Source of the DNA: a virus
Taxonomy: Duplodnaviria > Caudoviricetes
Reading direction: 5' to 3' (one strand)
Virus record (IMG/VR): IMGVR_UViG_3300022867_000061
Span: 1 to 26,478 of that record
Length of the DNA stretch: 26,478 nucleotides
The translations under genes and the position numbers were made by a program. The notes under the pieces are model-generated. The model saw nothing but the letters and a program-made list of their open reading frames with translations, did no database searches and was not told where the DNA came from. Below, piece after piece: positions 1 to 9,014 of the stretch (position 1 is its first letter; every line of letters starts with the position of its first letter).

Positions 1-1404
1 AGCATCACCCCAAGATATATCAGTTCCATCTGATGTTAATACTTGATCTGCCGTACCTTTAGTTAAAATTGCTGTAGCAGCACTAGCATTACCATAAATA
101 ATACTTCCTCTGCTTAATCCATCTAATTTATCTATTTCATCTGCTGTAGCATCTATTGCAGCTAGTTTAGTTAAATCTGCTTGAACCAATCCACTAACAC
201 CATCTAATAAATTTAATTCTGTTGCAGTAGAAGTTACTGCTACATCTTCATTTATTTTAGGTGAAGTTAAAGTTTTGTTTGTAAGCGTTTGTGTTGCGTC
301 ATTTAAAGTAATATTTGACGTGTTAGATAAATCTGTTGAAGCGATAGTTATATTTGCTGAACCATCAAAACTTTGACCTGCAATTGTTCTAGCTGTTTCT
401 AGTGCTGTAGCCGTAGCTGCTAATGCAACTGCAATATCTGCTGTACCATCAAAACTAGTACCCCCAATAGTTCTAGCTGTTTCTAATGCTGTAGCCGTAG
501 CTGCATTACCAGTAGTATTTTGGTTAAGAGTTCCTACTGTAAAGTCTAGTGTGTTATCTGCATCATCATATGCTACTGTAATACCTGATTCAGTATTTGA
601 AGTAACCATAGCACCAACTGTATCTGAAATAACTTCAGATAAATCAATATTGGCTGTACCATCAAATGATACTCCATGAATTGTTCTTGCTGTTGCTAAT
701 GCTGTAGTAGTATCCGATAAAGCAACTGCAATGTTTGCTGACCCATCAAAACTAGTACCGCCAATAGTTCTAGCTGTAGTTAAAGTTGCTGCTGATCCTG
801 TAGTATTTTGATTGAGAGTACCTACTGTAAAATCTAAAGTATTATCAGCATCATCATATGCTACTGTAATACCCGATTCAGTATTTGAAGTAACCATAGC
901 ACCAACTGTGTCAGAAATAGTTTCTGCTAAAGTAGTACCAGCAAGAGTTAATGCTCCTGATATATCTACTGCACCATTGATATCAATAGTAGTTGCAGCT
1001 ATTTGTACTTCTGTATCTGCTACTATATCTAATTGACCATCTGTTGATTGAAAAATATAAGTTCCAGTGTCGCCAAAGTTTAATCTTTCTGTACTATTCA
1101 TTAAGATGTCATCAGAGAATTTAAAGTAATCCTCATCTTCCATCCATGTTAATACACCATCAGCTGTTTCTCCATCAAATGTTACAGCAATATCTGTGCC
1201 TGCTGTAGCATCACCGATAGTGATTGCTGTGCCTAATAATTTTGTAATGGGTCCACCTTCTGCAGCTGTCCCATCATGAGTATGTCCTGAAGTTACAGCA
1301 AATGCAGCAAGAAGTTGATTAAACTCCGCATTTAAATCTGATGCCTCAATAACTCCACCATCAACAATTGTTGCTGTACTTTGTCTTATATATGCTGCTC
1401 CCAT
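1..1404 (-). CDS. tail fibre protein (partial, runs off window; absent from ORF track)
   Basis: ATG at 1404 directly after the nozzle stop; frame open to base 1. N-terminus MGAAYIRQS...DLNAEFNQL...GHTHDGTAAEGGPI resembles podovirus fibre anchors; repeated ARTIGGTSFDG and TQTLTNKTLTSP fibre motifs. Confidence 0.88.
   Translation of the reverse strand, partial: MGAAYIRQSTATIVDGGVIEASDLNAEFNQLLAAFAVTSGHTHDGTAAEGGPITKLLGTAITIGDATAGTDIAVTFDGETADGVLTWMEDEDYFKFSDDILMNSTERLNFGDTGTYIFQSTDGQLDIVADTEVQIAATTIDINGAVDISGALTLAGTTLAETISDTVGAMVTSNTESGITVAYDDADNTLDFTVGTLNQNTTGSAATLTTARTIGGTSFDGSANIAVALSDTTTALATARTIHGVSFDGTANIDLSEVISDTVGAMVTSNTESGITVAYDDADNTLDFTVGTLNQNTTGNAATATALETARTIGGTSFDGTADIAVALAATATALETARTIAGQSFDGSANITIASTDLSNTSNITLNDATQTLTNKTLTSPKINEDVAVTSTATELNLLDGVSGLVQADLTKLAAIDATADEIDKLDGLSRGSIIYGNASAATAILTKGTADQVLTSDGTDISWGDA
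509..918 (-). repeat. internal duplication in tail fibre (copies ~509-630 and ~797-918, 288-nt period)
   Basis: Both copies encode ISDTVGAMVTSNTESGITVAYDDADNTLDFTVGTLNQNTTG and differ only at synonymous sites. Confidence 0.92.
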
Positions 1405-2949
1405 TTATCTTCTTCCCCCTGGTGTAAATTCTAATTGAAACCCTTTAATTGCAAAGGGTGCGTTAGTACTTGTGTCTGTTATTTTTAATGCTACTGCAAA
1501 TCCTGATCCTTCTATTGATTCCCTTGTAATGGGTAAATCCCCTTGCCCATAAGCTGCTATACCAAAAATACCTGTTCCAAAATAAGCCCCACTACCAGAT
1601 GATTCTAATGCTATTAAACTTGGTTGAGGAGTATTTATATCGTCATAATTATATCTTACAAATAAACTAGAACTTACTATACCTTCAGGTTCCCAGTTTA
1701 TGTTAACTCTATCCATTGATTTTCTAATACCAGCATCACCCATTACCATATCTGGTGATCTATATGTTGCATCAATAGAAGATGTTGAACCTGCTGTTGT
1801 AAACACATTTCCTGATTCTTGTAAATATATATATCCATCATATCCACCATGAACAATAGTTTCTATATTGTTAACATAATCAGAATCACATGATGAAACT
1901 TTTAAACCTTTTATATCTGCATATTCAAAACCTAGTTGACCTGTATTAGGGTTTGATTTAATAACTGCTAGTAAACCTTTTTGAGTTGCTTCTAGTCCAC
2001 CATCAGTAGGATAAAATAGTCTGTATTGAGACTTATTTCTAACCACAGTTGCTGTAACATTGCTGTATCCAATTTCATTAATTCTTTCTTGAACTTGTTT
2101 TGAAATAGTACCAAGTTCTACGTCACCAATTCTTTCTGTACCTGCTACAGTTCTTAAACCATCTGCAGCTAAAAATATTAAATCTCCACCTAATTCCTGA
2201 ATAGAGTGAGGTGCAATTGTACCAACGTTCTTAGCAACTTCAGCTAATGCAAAATTAGCAGAAGTAGTACCTGTTAATTTATAAATCTTTCTTTGACAGA
2301 ATATAAATAATTCATCTCTGAATACTTTTAATCCTGTAACAATATCGCCTACTTTTATTTCTCCTGCACCACTAGCAGAAGTAAAATCATCCTCTGAAAA
2401 AGGTACTGAGAATAATATGCTACTTGTAGAATTTGACATACCACCATAAAATACATGATTGGCAAATGTTTTAACAAATTTAGGATTAGTAGGTGCAGTC
2501 CCACCCCCTGTAGCATTAATAACATCTACTGCAAAACTTGTATTAACTGTAAAAGCTGCTGCTTCTCCTGTTGCTATAATAATTTTACTTGTACCACTAA
2601 AGTTAAACTTATCAAAATCATATGTGTAAGTTGTACCTTTACTAGTTGCTAGTGAAGTCCATGCTCCACTTGTATCACCGTAGTATACACTACCACCTCT
2701 AGCTGCAATTATTTTATCATTAAATATAGCAGACATTTGTACTCTATCTGCTGCAGATACCACTTGAGGTACTATTGTTGGATTATATTTTGTAGTACCA
2801 TTTAATCTTCTGTAACCACCTTCTGTTGATGGTTCAAAATTTACTAATTGTAATGCTTCTCCTGGTTGCATGTCATAAACATCTTTGTTTAAAACAAGAC
2901 CTCCACCGCATGTGGCATTAAAGTTTTTTAAGGAAGAAGTATCAGCCAT
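1405..2949 (-). CDS. tail nozzle / tail tubular protein B-like (P22 gp10 / T7 gp12 functional class)
   Basis: 514 aa, beta-rich propeller-like repeats; N-terminal GGLVLN...NFEP...GGYRR motif; lies between adaptor and fibre. Confidence 0.75.
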   Translation of the reverse strand: MADTSSLKNFNATCGGGLVLNKDVYDMQPGEALQLVNFEPSTEGGYRRLNGTTKYNPTIVPQVVSAADRVQMSAIFNDKIIAARGGSVYYGDTSGAWTSLATSKGTTYTYDFDKFNFSGTSKIIIATGEAAAFTVNTSFAVDVINATGGGTAPTNPKFVKTFANHVFYGGMSNSTSSILFSVPFSEDDFTSASGAGEIKVGDIVTGLKVFRDELFIFCQRKIYKLTGTTSANFALAEVAKNVGTIAPHSIQELGGDLIFLAADGLRTVAGTERIGDVELGTISKQVQERINEIGYSNVTATVVRNKSQYRLFYPTDGGLEATQKGLLAVIKSNPNTGQLGFEYADIKGLKVSSCDSDYVNNIETIVHGGYDGYIYLQESGNVFTTAGSTSSIDATYRSPDMVMGDAGIRKSMDRVNINWEPEGIVSSSLFVRYNYDDINTPQPSLIALESSGSGAYFGTGIFGIAAYGQGDLPITRESIEGSGFAVALKITDTSTNAPFAIKGFQLEFTPGGRR

Positions 2950-2950
2950 A

Positions 2951-4057
2951 TTATACTATTGATAACCTCGAGTTACCTTCTGCTGTTCTAGTATCTTTCA
3001 TATAATCTGATCTAGAACTGTAGTCAGTTTTTAATAAAAGTAATTTTCTTTGATAGTCTCTGTTTGACATACTAGCATGATCTGGATCTGATCTTAACAT
3101 ATATGTGTAGTATTTAGATCTATCTACAATTAATGGACCAAATCTATCTGGTAATGCCATTGTATCTCCATGTGCTGATAAGTCTGTGTGAGTTGTAAAA
3201 TATTCATAGCTAATTAAATAATCATTTTTATCAGGTATAGGTGTTAATCCAAATGCACTGTAGTCTGGTTTTTTATAAACATATTGGGGTAGACCATAGT
3301 GACCACTATTATTCTGTGTATCTTGTTCTTTAAATCTTTGCATGTAATCATCATAAGATATATATCTTAGTTTTCTAGTCATTATATCTGCTCTAGATAC
3401 TCTTACATAATCTACATCAAGATTGGTTGCTGTAGTTGTATTATTAACAGTTATAAATGTTGTTTGGTCTGTTGCAGTAAACTGTACATCTAGTATCTCA
3501 CCTGCATTAAAATCAGTTACTGTTAATGTTGTGTTTAAATTTTGTGTTCCTTCTGCTGTTGTACCTACTTGTACTTTTAAAGCAGCACCTGTACCTTCTG
3601 AATCTAATACTCTTACTTGTAAATTATAAGTTTTATTTACTACAGTTGATATTGATTGGTATGCAGCATAATCATTTAATCTTAATCTACCATTGCCACT
3701 ACTATTATAAGCTGCACTTCCTGCACCTGCTATTGTAGTCCAGCTAGTAATATTAGATGTAAACTCACCATTAGTAATTAATTCATTTGGTTTTAAAAAA
3801 AAAGATTCAAAATCTACTCTACGCATATCCGATGGAAATGTGTATTCACTGTCTCCAGTGTAAGTAGCTTGAGTCGTTGATGTGTGTAATAAAGGTATCT
3901 CTACACTTTCATTATAAATATCATGAATAGACTTATTAATAAAATCTTTAATAGTAGTTTGAATACCACGGCTACTAGAAAAAGTAGATGAAGTTAATTC
4001 AACCTCATTTAATTCTCTAAGTGTTCTGTTGGATAATTCTAAGTAAGTAGTAGCCAT
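2951..4057 (-). CDS. head-tail adaptor / tail tubular protein A-like, with inserted beta-sandwich domain
   Basis: N-terminus TYLELSNRTLRELNEVEL; C-terminal G.PQYVY...GLTPIPDKNDY.ISYEYF motif; position after the capsid genes. Confidence 0.72.
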   Translation of the reverse strand: MATTYLELSNRTLRELNEVELTSSTFSSSRGIQTTIKDFINKSIHDIYNESVEIPLLHTSTTQATYTGDSEYTFPSDMRRVDFESFFLKPNELITNGEFTSNITSWTTIAGAGSAAYNSSGNGRLRLNDYAAYQSISTVVNKTYNLQVRVLDSEGTGAALKVQVGTTAEGTQNLNTTLTVTDFNAGEILDVQFTATDQTTFITVNNTTTATNLDVDYVRVSRADIMTRKLRYISYDDYMQRFKEQDTQNNSGHYGLPQYVYKKPDYSAFGLTPIPDKNDYLISYEYFTTHTDLSAHGDTMALPDRFGPLIVDRSKYYTYMLRSDPDHASMSNRDYQRKLLLLKTDYSSRSDYMKDTRTAEGNSRLSIV

Positions 4058-4060
4058 TAT

Positions 4061-4243
4061 TTATTCCTCTGTTGTATTGTTATCTTCTGCAAACTGTTCG
4101 CATCTAATTAATAATCTTTTAATACGAGATTGTGCATCATCTAATTGTTTCTTTAAATCATCGATCTGCTTTTTTAATGCAGTATTGTCAGATTTGTATT
4201 CAGAAATTATTTCAAGAAGCTGATGTCTTTTCTGATATTGCAT
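4061..4243 (-). CDS. small coiled-coil protein
   Basis: 60 aa with heptad pattern; fills the gap in the operon. Confidence 0.6.
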   Translation of the reverse strand: MQYQKRHQLLEIISEYKSDNTALKKQIDDLKKQLDDAQSRIKRLLIRCEQFAEDNNTTEE

Positions 4244-4394
4244 TTAATAGTGAAGTTATCTGATCTAATTTATCGGACTGCTCTTCAACTTTACTTTCTA
4301 AATTCTTTAACCTTACATCATTATTATTACCTAATGCAATAATCTTTTGACCTGTGCTTGCACTAGTTTTGTTTATTAAATTATATGTAGCCAT
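4212..4394 (-). CDS. small coiled-coil protein
   Basis: 60 aa; LKNLESKVEEQSDKLDQITSLL heptads; operon position. Confidence 0.7.
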   Translation of the reverse strand: MATYNLINKTSASTGQKIIALGNNNDVRLKNLESKVEEQSDKLDQITSLLNAISEKTSAS

Positions 4395-4425
4395 AAGTTT
4401 TCTAAATGTTATAAGGGGTGTTATC

Positions 4426-4451
4426 TAAGGGGGATATTACTACCCCCCTTA
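4426..4451 (-). terminator. GC-rich hairpin after capsid/decoration genes (terminator or 3' stabiliser)
   Basis: TAAGGGGG...CCCCCTTA inverted repeat in the intergenic gap; no strong U-tract. Confidence 0.5.
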
Positions 4452-4465
4452 AAGTTATCTATCTA

Positions 4466-4903
4466 TTAGTTATGATCAGTTTCATCGATACCTGATACAT
4501 CACATAGTACTGCCCAAACACGGATTTTACCCGCACTTGAATCTGCACTTAATGCAAGTACATCTAGAGTATCTGCACTAGCAACAACAAGATTAGCTGT
4601 TGCTGTAAGCAGACTATAACCTGCTGCGTTAGTATCACCATCAACAAAGTTATCAACGTCTACACCTGTTATACCTAAGTCCATAGTAACTGAACTTGAT
4701 AATGCAGTAAGTACTTCGATTCCTGCTTGCATGATCAATGTTTCTGCAGGGATATCAAGAGCTTGAACTATATCTCCTGTTGCTGTTCCTGTTGCACCAT
4801 TAATCGCTGCTATGTCGATTGTGTTTTCTACTAAGTAAGGTGTTCTACCATTAGACGGATGTCCTGTAGTACCACCTACTCCTGTTTTGTCGTAAGTTGC
4901 CAT
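4466..4903 (-). CDS. capsid decoration / minor capsid protein
   Basis: 145 aa, beta-rich, directly after MCP, strong AGGAG SD. Confidence 0.65.
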   Translation of the reverse strand: MATYDKTGVGGTTGHPSNGRTPYLVENTIDIAAINGATGTATGDIVQALDIPAETLIMQAGIEVLTALSSSVTMDLGITGVDVDNFVDGDTNAAGYSLLTATANLVVASADTLDVLALSADSSAGKIRVWAVLCDVSGIDETDHN

Positions 4904-4929
4904 ATTCTATTTCTCCTTCTAAGTTAGAA

Positions 4930-5871
4930 TTAACCGATTGTTATAACACCAGAGTAAACTGCTTCAGTTCTTAGAACTTTTCTTCCAAAAACGTGAAGAC
5001 CTCTTACGATGTCTGAAAATGAATCAGGGTCTCTGATAAGTTCCGTTTTCGCAATATGGTTTGCAGTTGCTACTGCACCTTGATGTCCATAAAGGAAAGC
5101 GTACTCATTAGAACCTGCTGATCCAAATGTTTTGTTTGCTGCTGATCCACTTGATACTGCTATAGCATTAGTAGTGTACATTCTAAACCCAAATAAAGGT
5201 CTATCTGTAATCATACCATTTCTCATAGCTGAAGCTGATCCGTCTGCCATAACAGATTGATCAACGATTTTAGCACCTGCTTTTCTAAGTTGTTGATAGA
5301 AAGCTGGTGGTGCAACGAACCATCTATTTTCTTCTGGTACATCGTTACCATCAAGAACTGTTTTAGCTGCTGACATAATATCTGTTAATGTGTCAACTGC
5401 TGCATCACCGTCAATAGGTGAACCGTCTGTTCCTGTATTAGCTGCTGAAGTACTCGCACCTGAGTAAATTGCACTTAATACATTAAAGTCGTAGTTCTTT
5501 TTAAGTGCATAAGCACCTGAAGAAGTTGCAAGAGCTTCAAAGTTTACATGTGATTGTCTTTCTTCGATGTCATCTACTTTAAACGCAAAGTACGAACCTT
5601 GGTCGACAGTCAATTGAATTTGATCGTCTGCAAGTGTTTCTGTGTTTACTGTTTGACCTCTAGCGTAGTCATTCACCGTAATAGTCGGCTCTTTTATTAT
5701 ATTTACTGTGTCGCCAAAATTTTCAATTTCTCCAGCGTAATCAGTGTTTGTAATGTCTTCTACAACTGATGCTCTTCTGAAAAACTTTTGAACCTTCTGA
5801 CTATAAATTGCTGGAGCCCAATTACCTGATGGTAAATTTTGGTATCCAGTTGCTTTTCCCATTGTTGCCAT
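4930..5871 (-). CDS. major capsid protein (HK97 fold, P22-coat-like; HMO-2011/cobavirus-type)
   Basis: NLPSGNWAPAIYS, ITNTDYAGEIENFGDTVNI, F.VDDIE..QS, VPEENRW.V, RDPDSFSDIVRGLHVFGRKVLR motifs. Confidence 0.95.
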   Translation of the reverse strand: MATMGKATGYQNLPSGNWAPAIYSQKVQKFFRRASVVEDITNTDYAGEIENFGDTVNIIKEPTITVNDYARGQTVNTETLADDQIQLTVDQGSYFAFKVDDIEERQSHVNFEALATSSGAYALKKNYDFNVLSAIYSGASTSAANTGTDGSPIDGDAAVDTLTDIMSAAKTVLDGNDVPEENRWFVAPPAFYQQLRKAGAKIVDQSVMADGSASAMRNGMITDRPLFGFRMYTTNAIAVSSGSAANKTFGSAGSNEYAFLYGHQGAVATANHIAKTELIRDPDSFSDIVRGLHVFGRKVLRTEAVYSGVITIG

Positions 5872-5900
5872 AATGTTTGCCTTTGTTTATAGTTGTTAGT

Positions 5901-6848
5901 TTAAGGTTGAATCCTACCTTCTCTTGATGCGTCATCGATCTCTGCTTCAAACTTCTCAAACGTTCGTCTATCCATCTTACCAATTTCAGAATTAGACCAG
6001 ATTTTCTTTGTGGGAATATCTGATTCTGTAGCTTTACTAGTTTTTGTTATAGCTTTAGCTGCTTCTTTCTTAACAGCTGTTCCCTCTTTCTTATTTAATT
6101 TACTAGTACCTTGATCCATTTTATATAGATCAATTGCTCTGCCAGCTAATTGTGCATTAGATGTATTTTCATACAACCAACTTTGAATAACTGGATCTTG
6201 CTTACTAGCCCATTCATGAAACTCATCTTTCTGACGAATCTCACTAAAGTCAGGGTGTGCTTTTAACAACTCCACTTCAGCTTTTTCTTTACTAACTTGT
6301 TCTTGTTGAACTTGAAGACTTTGGTATTTCTCCTCAATCTCTTTTGCTCTAGCATCAGCCTTTGTCATAGCTATGGTTTCAACCATATCATAAACATCGG
6401 GATACTCCTGTTTCCAAGCATCTAATTCATCCTTAGATTTAGGTGGAACAAACTCTTTAGTAGATGTTTCCAATTGCGTTCTTAAAGTTCTAACTTCATC
6501 TTTGTGCTTAAATAAAGTAGAATCATAGTGTTTTTTTAAATCGTCATAACGTTTCTTAAAAACACGATCTTCTGCATTTTCAGGGCGTTCAGTTGAAGGA
6601 GTAGCATTAATATCCGAGCTTGCAATTTCTTCAGATGTTTCTGTGTCCTTTTGAACGGTTGCTGCTTCTGCTTGTTCTTGATTAAACTTATTTAATTCAC
6701 CTTTTGCGAATGCTTCAGTTTCTGCATCATCAACATCATCTCTGTGTTTTTGATACATTGCTTTGCCTTCAGGTTTTTTAAAAAGTTTAGTCTCTTGTTT
6801 AGCTTCTGTTTCATTTGAAACTTCAGCTAAGTTTTTTTCTTCTTCCAT
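5901..6848 (-). CDS. capsid scaffolding protein
   Basis: Acidic and coiled-coil; FKKRYDDLK, HPDF.EI...F.EW, C-terminal EIDDASREGRI; directly upstream of MCP. Confidence 0.85.
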   Translation of the reverse strand: MEEEKNLAEVSNETEAKQETKLFKKPEGKAMYQKHRDDVDDAETEAFAKGELNKFNQEQAEAATVQKDTETSEEIASSDINATPSTERPENAEDRVFKKRYDDLKKHYDSTLFKHKDEVRTLRTQLETSTKEFVPPKSKDELDAWKQEYPDVYDMVETIAMTKADARAKEIEEKYQSLQVQQEQVSKEKAEVELLKAHPDFSEIRQKDEFHEWASKQDPVIQSWLYENTSNAQLAGRAIDLYKMDQGTSKLNKKEGTAVKKEAAKAITKTSKATESDIPTKKIWSNSEIGKMDRRTFEKFEAEIDDASREGRIQP

Positions 6849-6864
6849 TATTTTATCCTCATAG

Positions 6865-6895
6865 GTTGAGTGCCTTATGGATAAGGGTAGCTCAC
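6865..6895 (-). promoter_or_regulatory. structured leader hairpin upstream of scaffold SD
   Basis: Minus-strand GUGAG-CUAC-CCUUA-UCCA-UAAGG-CA-CUCAAC stem-loop ending 4 nt before the GAGG SD. Confidence 0.55.
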
Positions 6896-6917
6896 TTCCA
6901 TAATTTGTGGGCTAAAA

Positions 6918-7466
6918 TTATACTAGACCTTGATCTATTGCATCTGTATCTTCTGGCATAGCATTAGGCTCTTGAGCCATCATACCATTAGGATTAGATG
7001 CTTGTACATTTTCAGGTGGCACATTATTGGTATCATCTGATTGTGACTCAGATAATTCTGTAACGAATCCTTGAATGGATTCTTGTTCTGTATTGCTAGG
7101 GTATTTTTTTCTAGCGAAATTCTTTACGACTGATACTGGTAGTATAACGTTTTCTTCAGCAGATGTAAACTGCGATATTACGTCACTAGCTTCAGGTATA
7201 ATTTTTGTTAGTATACTTGAAAGGCTTGGTGATAGTACCATATCTAATTGTTGTTTTTCTTCGTCTGATAAGTTATTTAATTTTTCTATAACAGCAGGAT
7301 CTTTTAATTCTGGCTTCTGTGCTATTGGTGCAACTGCTGCTGGTGCTTTCTGTTCTTGTGGTTGAGCTGGTTGTTTTAAGTTTGACATGTCAGGTGCTTC
7401 AGCTATCTTAGCTGGGCTATTCATTAAACCTGTTGTAGTAACTTCGCCTCCTGGTCCTATTGCCAT
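6918..7466 (-). CDS. acidic, largely disordered putative virion/ejection protein
   Basis: Start re-called to MAIGPGG at 7466 (TAATG overlap with upstream stop); P/Q/E-rich. Confidence 0.65.
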   Translation of the reverse strand: MAIGPGGEVTTTGLMNSPAKIAEAPDMSNLKQPAQPQEQKAPAAVAPIAQKPELKDPAVIEKLNNLSDEEKQQLDMVLSPSLSSILTKIIPEASDVISQFTSAEENVILPVSVVKNFARKKYPSNTEQESIQGFVTELSESQSDDTNNVPPENVQASNPNGMMAQEPNAMPEDTDAIDQGLV

Positions 7467-8803
7467 TATGCTCTTCTCCAATGTGTTAAATTATATTTAC
7501 TAATTTGTTTATCACTTACAAAGTTACCTAGTGCCCAACATACGGGTTCACCTATACCTGCATATATTCTTCCAAGTAAATCAAACTTACCTTCGTTTAA
7601 TCTCCATGCAATATCATTTGCTCTGTGTTGTGCAATGTGTTTCCACATCTTTCTATATCTAGGGTATTTCTGCATATGTTTTACAGTTGGTTCTGCCCAA
7701 AGTAAATAACCTTTAACATGTGTTATAGATAATGTTTTAAATGTAAATTTTGTATCTCTTACCCAATCTCTAGTAGATAATTCTCCTGTTCTGTGTAGGT
7801 CTGTGCAAATAACTCTTCCGCTATCTGAACCACCTCCGCCTCCACCTTCTCCACCAGTTGCTCCTGGACTTGTATCTGTTGCAGTTTCTTTTGCTTGCTT
7901 ATAAGATGCAGCTTGTGTTTTCATGTTTGCAGTATCTGATTTAAATTTATCAGACATAGGTTTATTAGTTTTCTCACGTCTTGCAATTGTTGCTTCTCTA
8001 GTAGCTACTCTTTTATTACCAGCATTTTCTAAATTACCAAAGTCTGAAGTTCTATTCATACCTGCATATAAATCTGTTGCAGGATTACCAGATATTCTTT
8101 GGCTACCTTCGTTAGTATTAAAGTATCCTTTGTTTACTTTTTGTACAGCTGTTTCTTTTGGTAACATACCTGCTATCATTTTAGCTCCAGCCAAAGATGG
8201 ACTAACTATAGCACCTAACACTCTCCCACTCATTTGAAGTGCTTTATTACTTTTAACAGAGTCTATTACACCTGATACAGTATCTTGTACTGCTGATGTA
8301 GCTCTTGATTTTATACTAGGTGGCTTACTATACTTAACACCAGTTTGACCCCGTAAAATTCCATCTTGATATTGTGGCTGTATTGAATCTGTGGCACCAA
8401 TACTTTCTTGTGGTGCTGCTTGATCTGCTTTAGTTTGTCCAGCTTTTATATCCTGAGTTTGTCCATATGCAATATTAGTCATAGGATCACCAACATTTCT
8501 AACTGTAGGTTTATTTACGTCTGCAGTTTTAAGCATAGGTGTAGATGTATCTTGTTGATCTGCCCCACCACCATAAGTATTCATTGGTGTAAATACTTCT
8601 GTAGTTTGTGCTTTAATAGTATCTTCTGTAGCTTTCTTAGTTGTATCAGCAACACTTGTAGTATCACTAGTTTTTAAATCAGGTAAATTTAATTTATTTA
8701 CTTGTTTAAAGCCTACTGATTTTAAATTGTAATTACCACTAGCATCTTGTTCTAATTCGTAAGTACCACCTCCAACTCTTGATGTATCAAATGTATTTGC
8801 CAT
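7466..8803 (-). CDS. putative internal virion/ejection protein with Gly-linked C-terminal VICT domain
   Basis: 445 aa; low-complexity T/D/Q/K-rich body, then GGEGGGGGGSDSGRVICT and a ~115-aa helical domain; located between portal and scaffold. Confidence 0.6.
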   Translation of the reverse strand: MANTFDTSRVGGGTYELEQDASGNYNLKSVGFKQVNKLNLPDLKTSDTTSVADTTKKATEDTIKAQTTEVFTPMNTYGGGADQQDTSTPMLKTADVNKPTVRNVGDPMTNIAYGQTQDIKAGQTKADQAAPQESIGATDSIQPQYQDGILRGQTGVKYSKPPSIKSRATSAVQDTVSGVIDSVKSNKALQMSGRVLGAIVSPSLAGAKMIAGMLPKETAVQKVNKGYFNTNEGSQRISGNPATDLYAGMNRTSDFGNLENAGNKRVATREATIARREKTNKPMSDKFKSDTANMKTQAASYKQAKETATDTSPGATGGEGGGGGGSDSGRVICTDLHRTGELSTRDWVRDTKFTFKTLSITHVKGYLLWAEPTVKHMQKYPRYRKMWKHIAQHRANDIAWRLNEGKFDLLGRIYAGIGEPVCWALGNFVSDKQISKYNLTHWRRA

Positions 8804-8804
8804 A

Positions 8805-9014
8805 CTATTCTTCTTTATTCCTTTTAATTGTTTCCTTTAGACTGAGGATCTTGCGAAGCAAAACCAGCTTCCCCTGGCATCGGTACATTACCTGTTCCGA
8901 TATTGCCACCTCCATTTCCTGTTGGATCTGTTGGCGAAGCTCCTGGAGGTACTCCTCCCATATTGCCCATTGGACTTGGTTGTCCACTATTGCCTGTATT
9001 CGTTTGATTTCCAT
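8805..9014 (-). CDS. small helical protein overprinted on the portal C-terminus
   Basis: GGGGATGG SD-like sequence; W..YL..L....MEVA....MYRCQGK...LR resembles the small gene that typically follows podovirus portals; stop lies 1 nt before the next ATG. Confidence 0.72.
   Translation of the reverse strand: MEIKRIQAIVDNQVQWAIWEEYLQELRQQIQQEMEVAISEQVMYRCQGKLVLLRKILSLKETIKRNKEE

Noticed and set aside
3791-3803. U9-AAAA slippery-looking run just before the adaptor's inserted domain
   Set aside because: Homopolymers are common at this AT content; the frame is intact and no stimulatory structure was seen.
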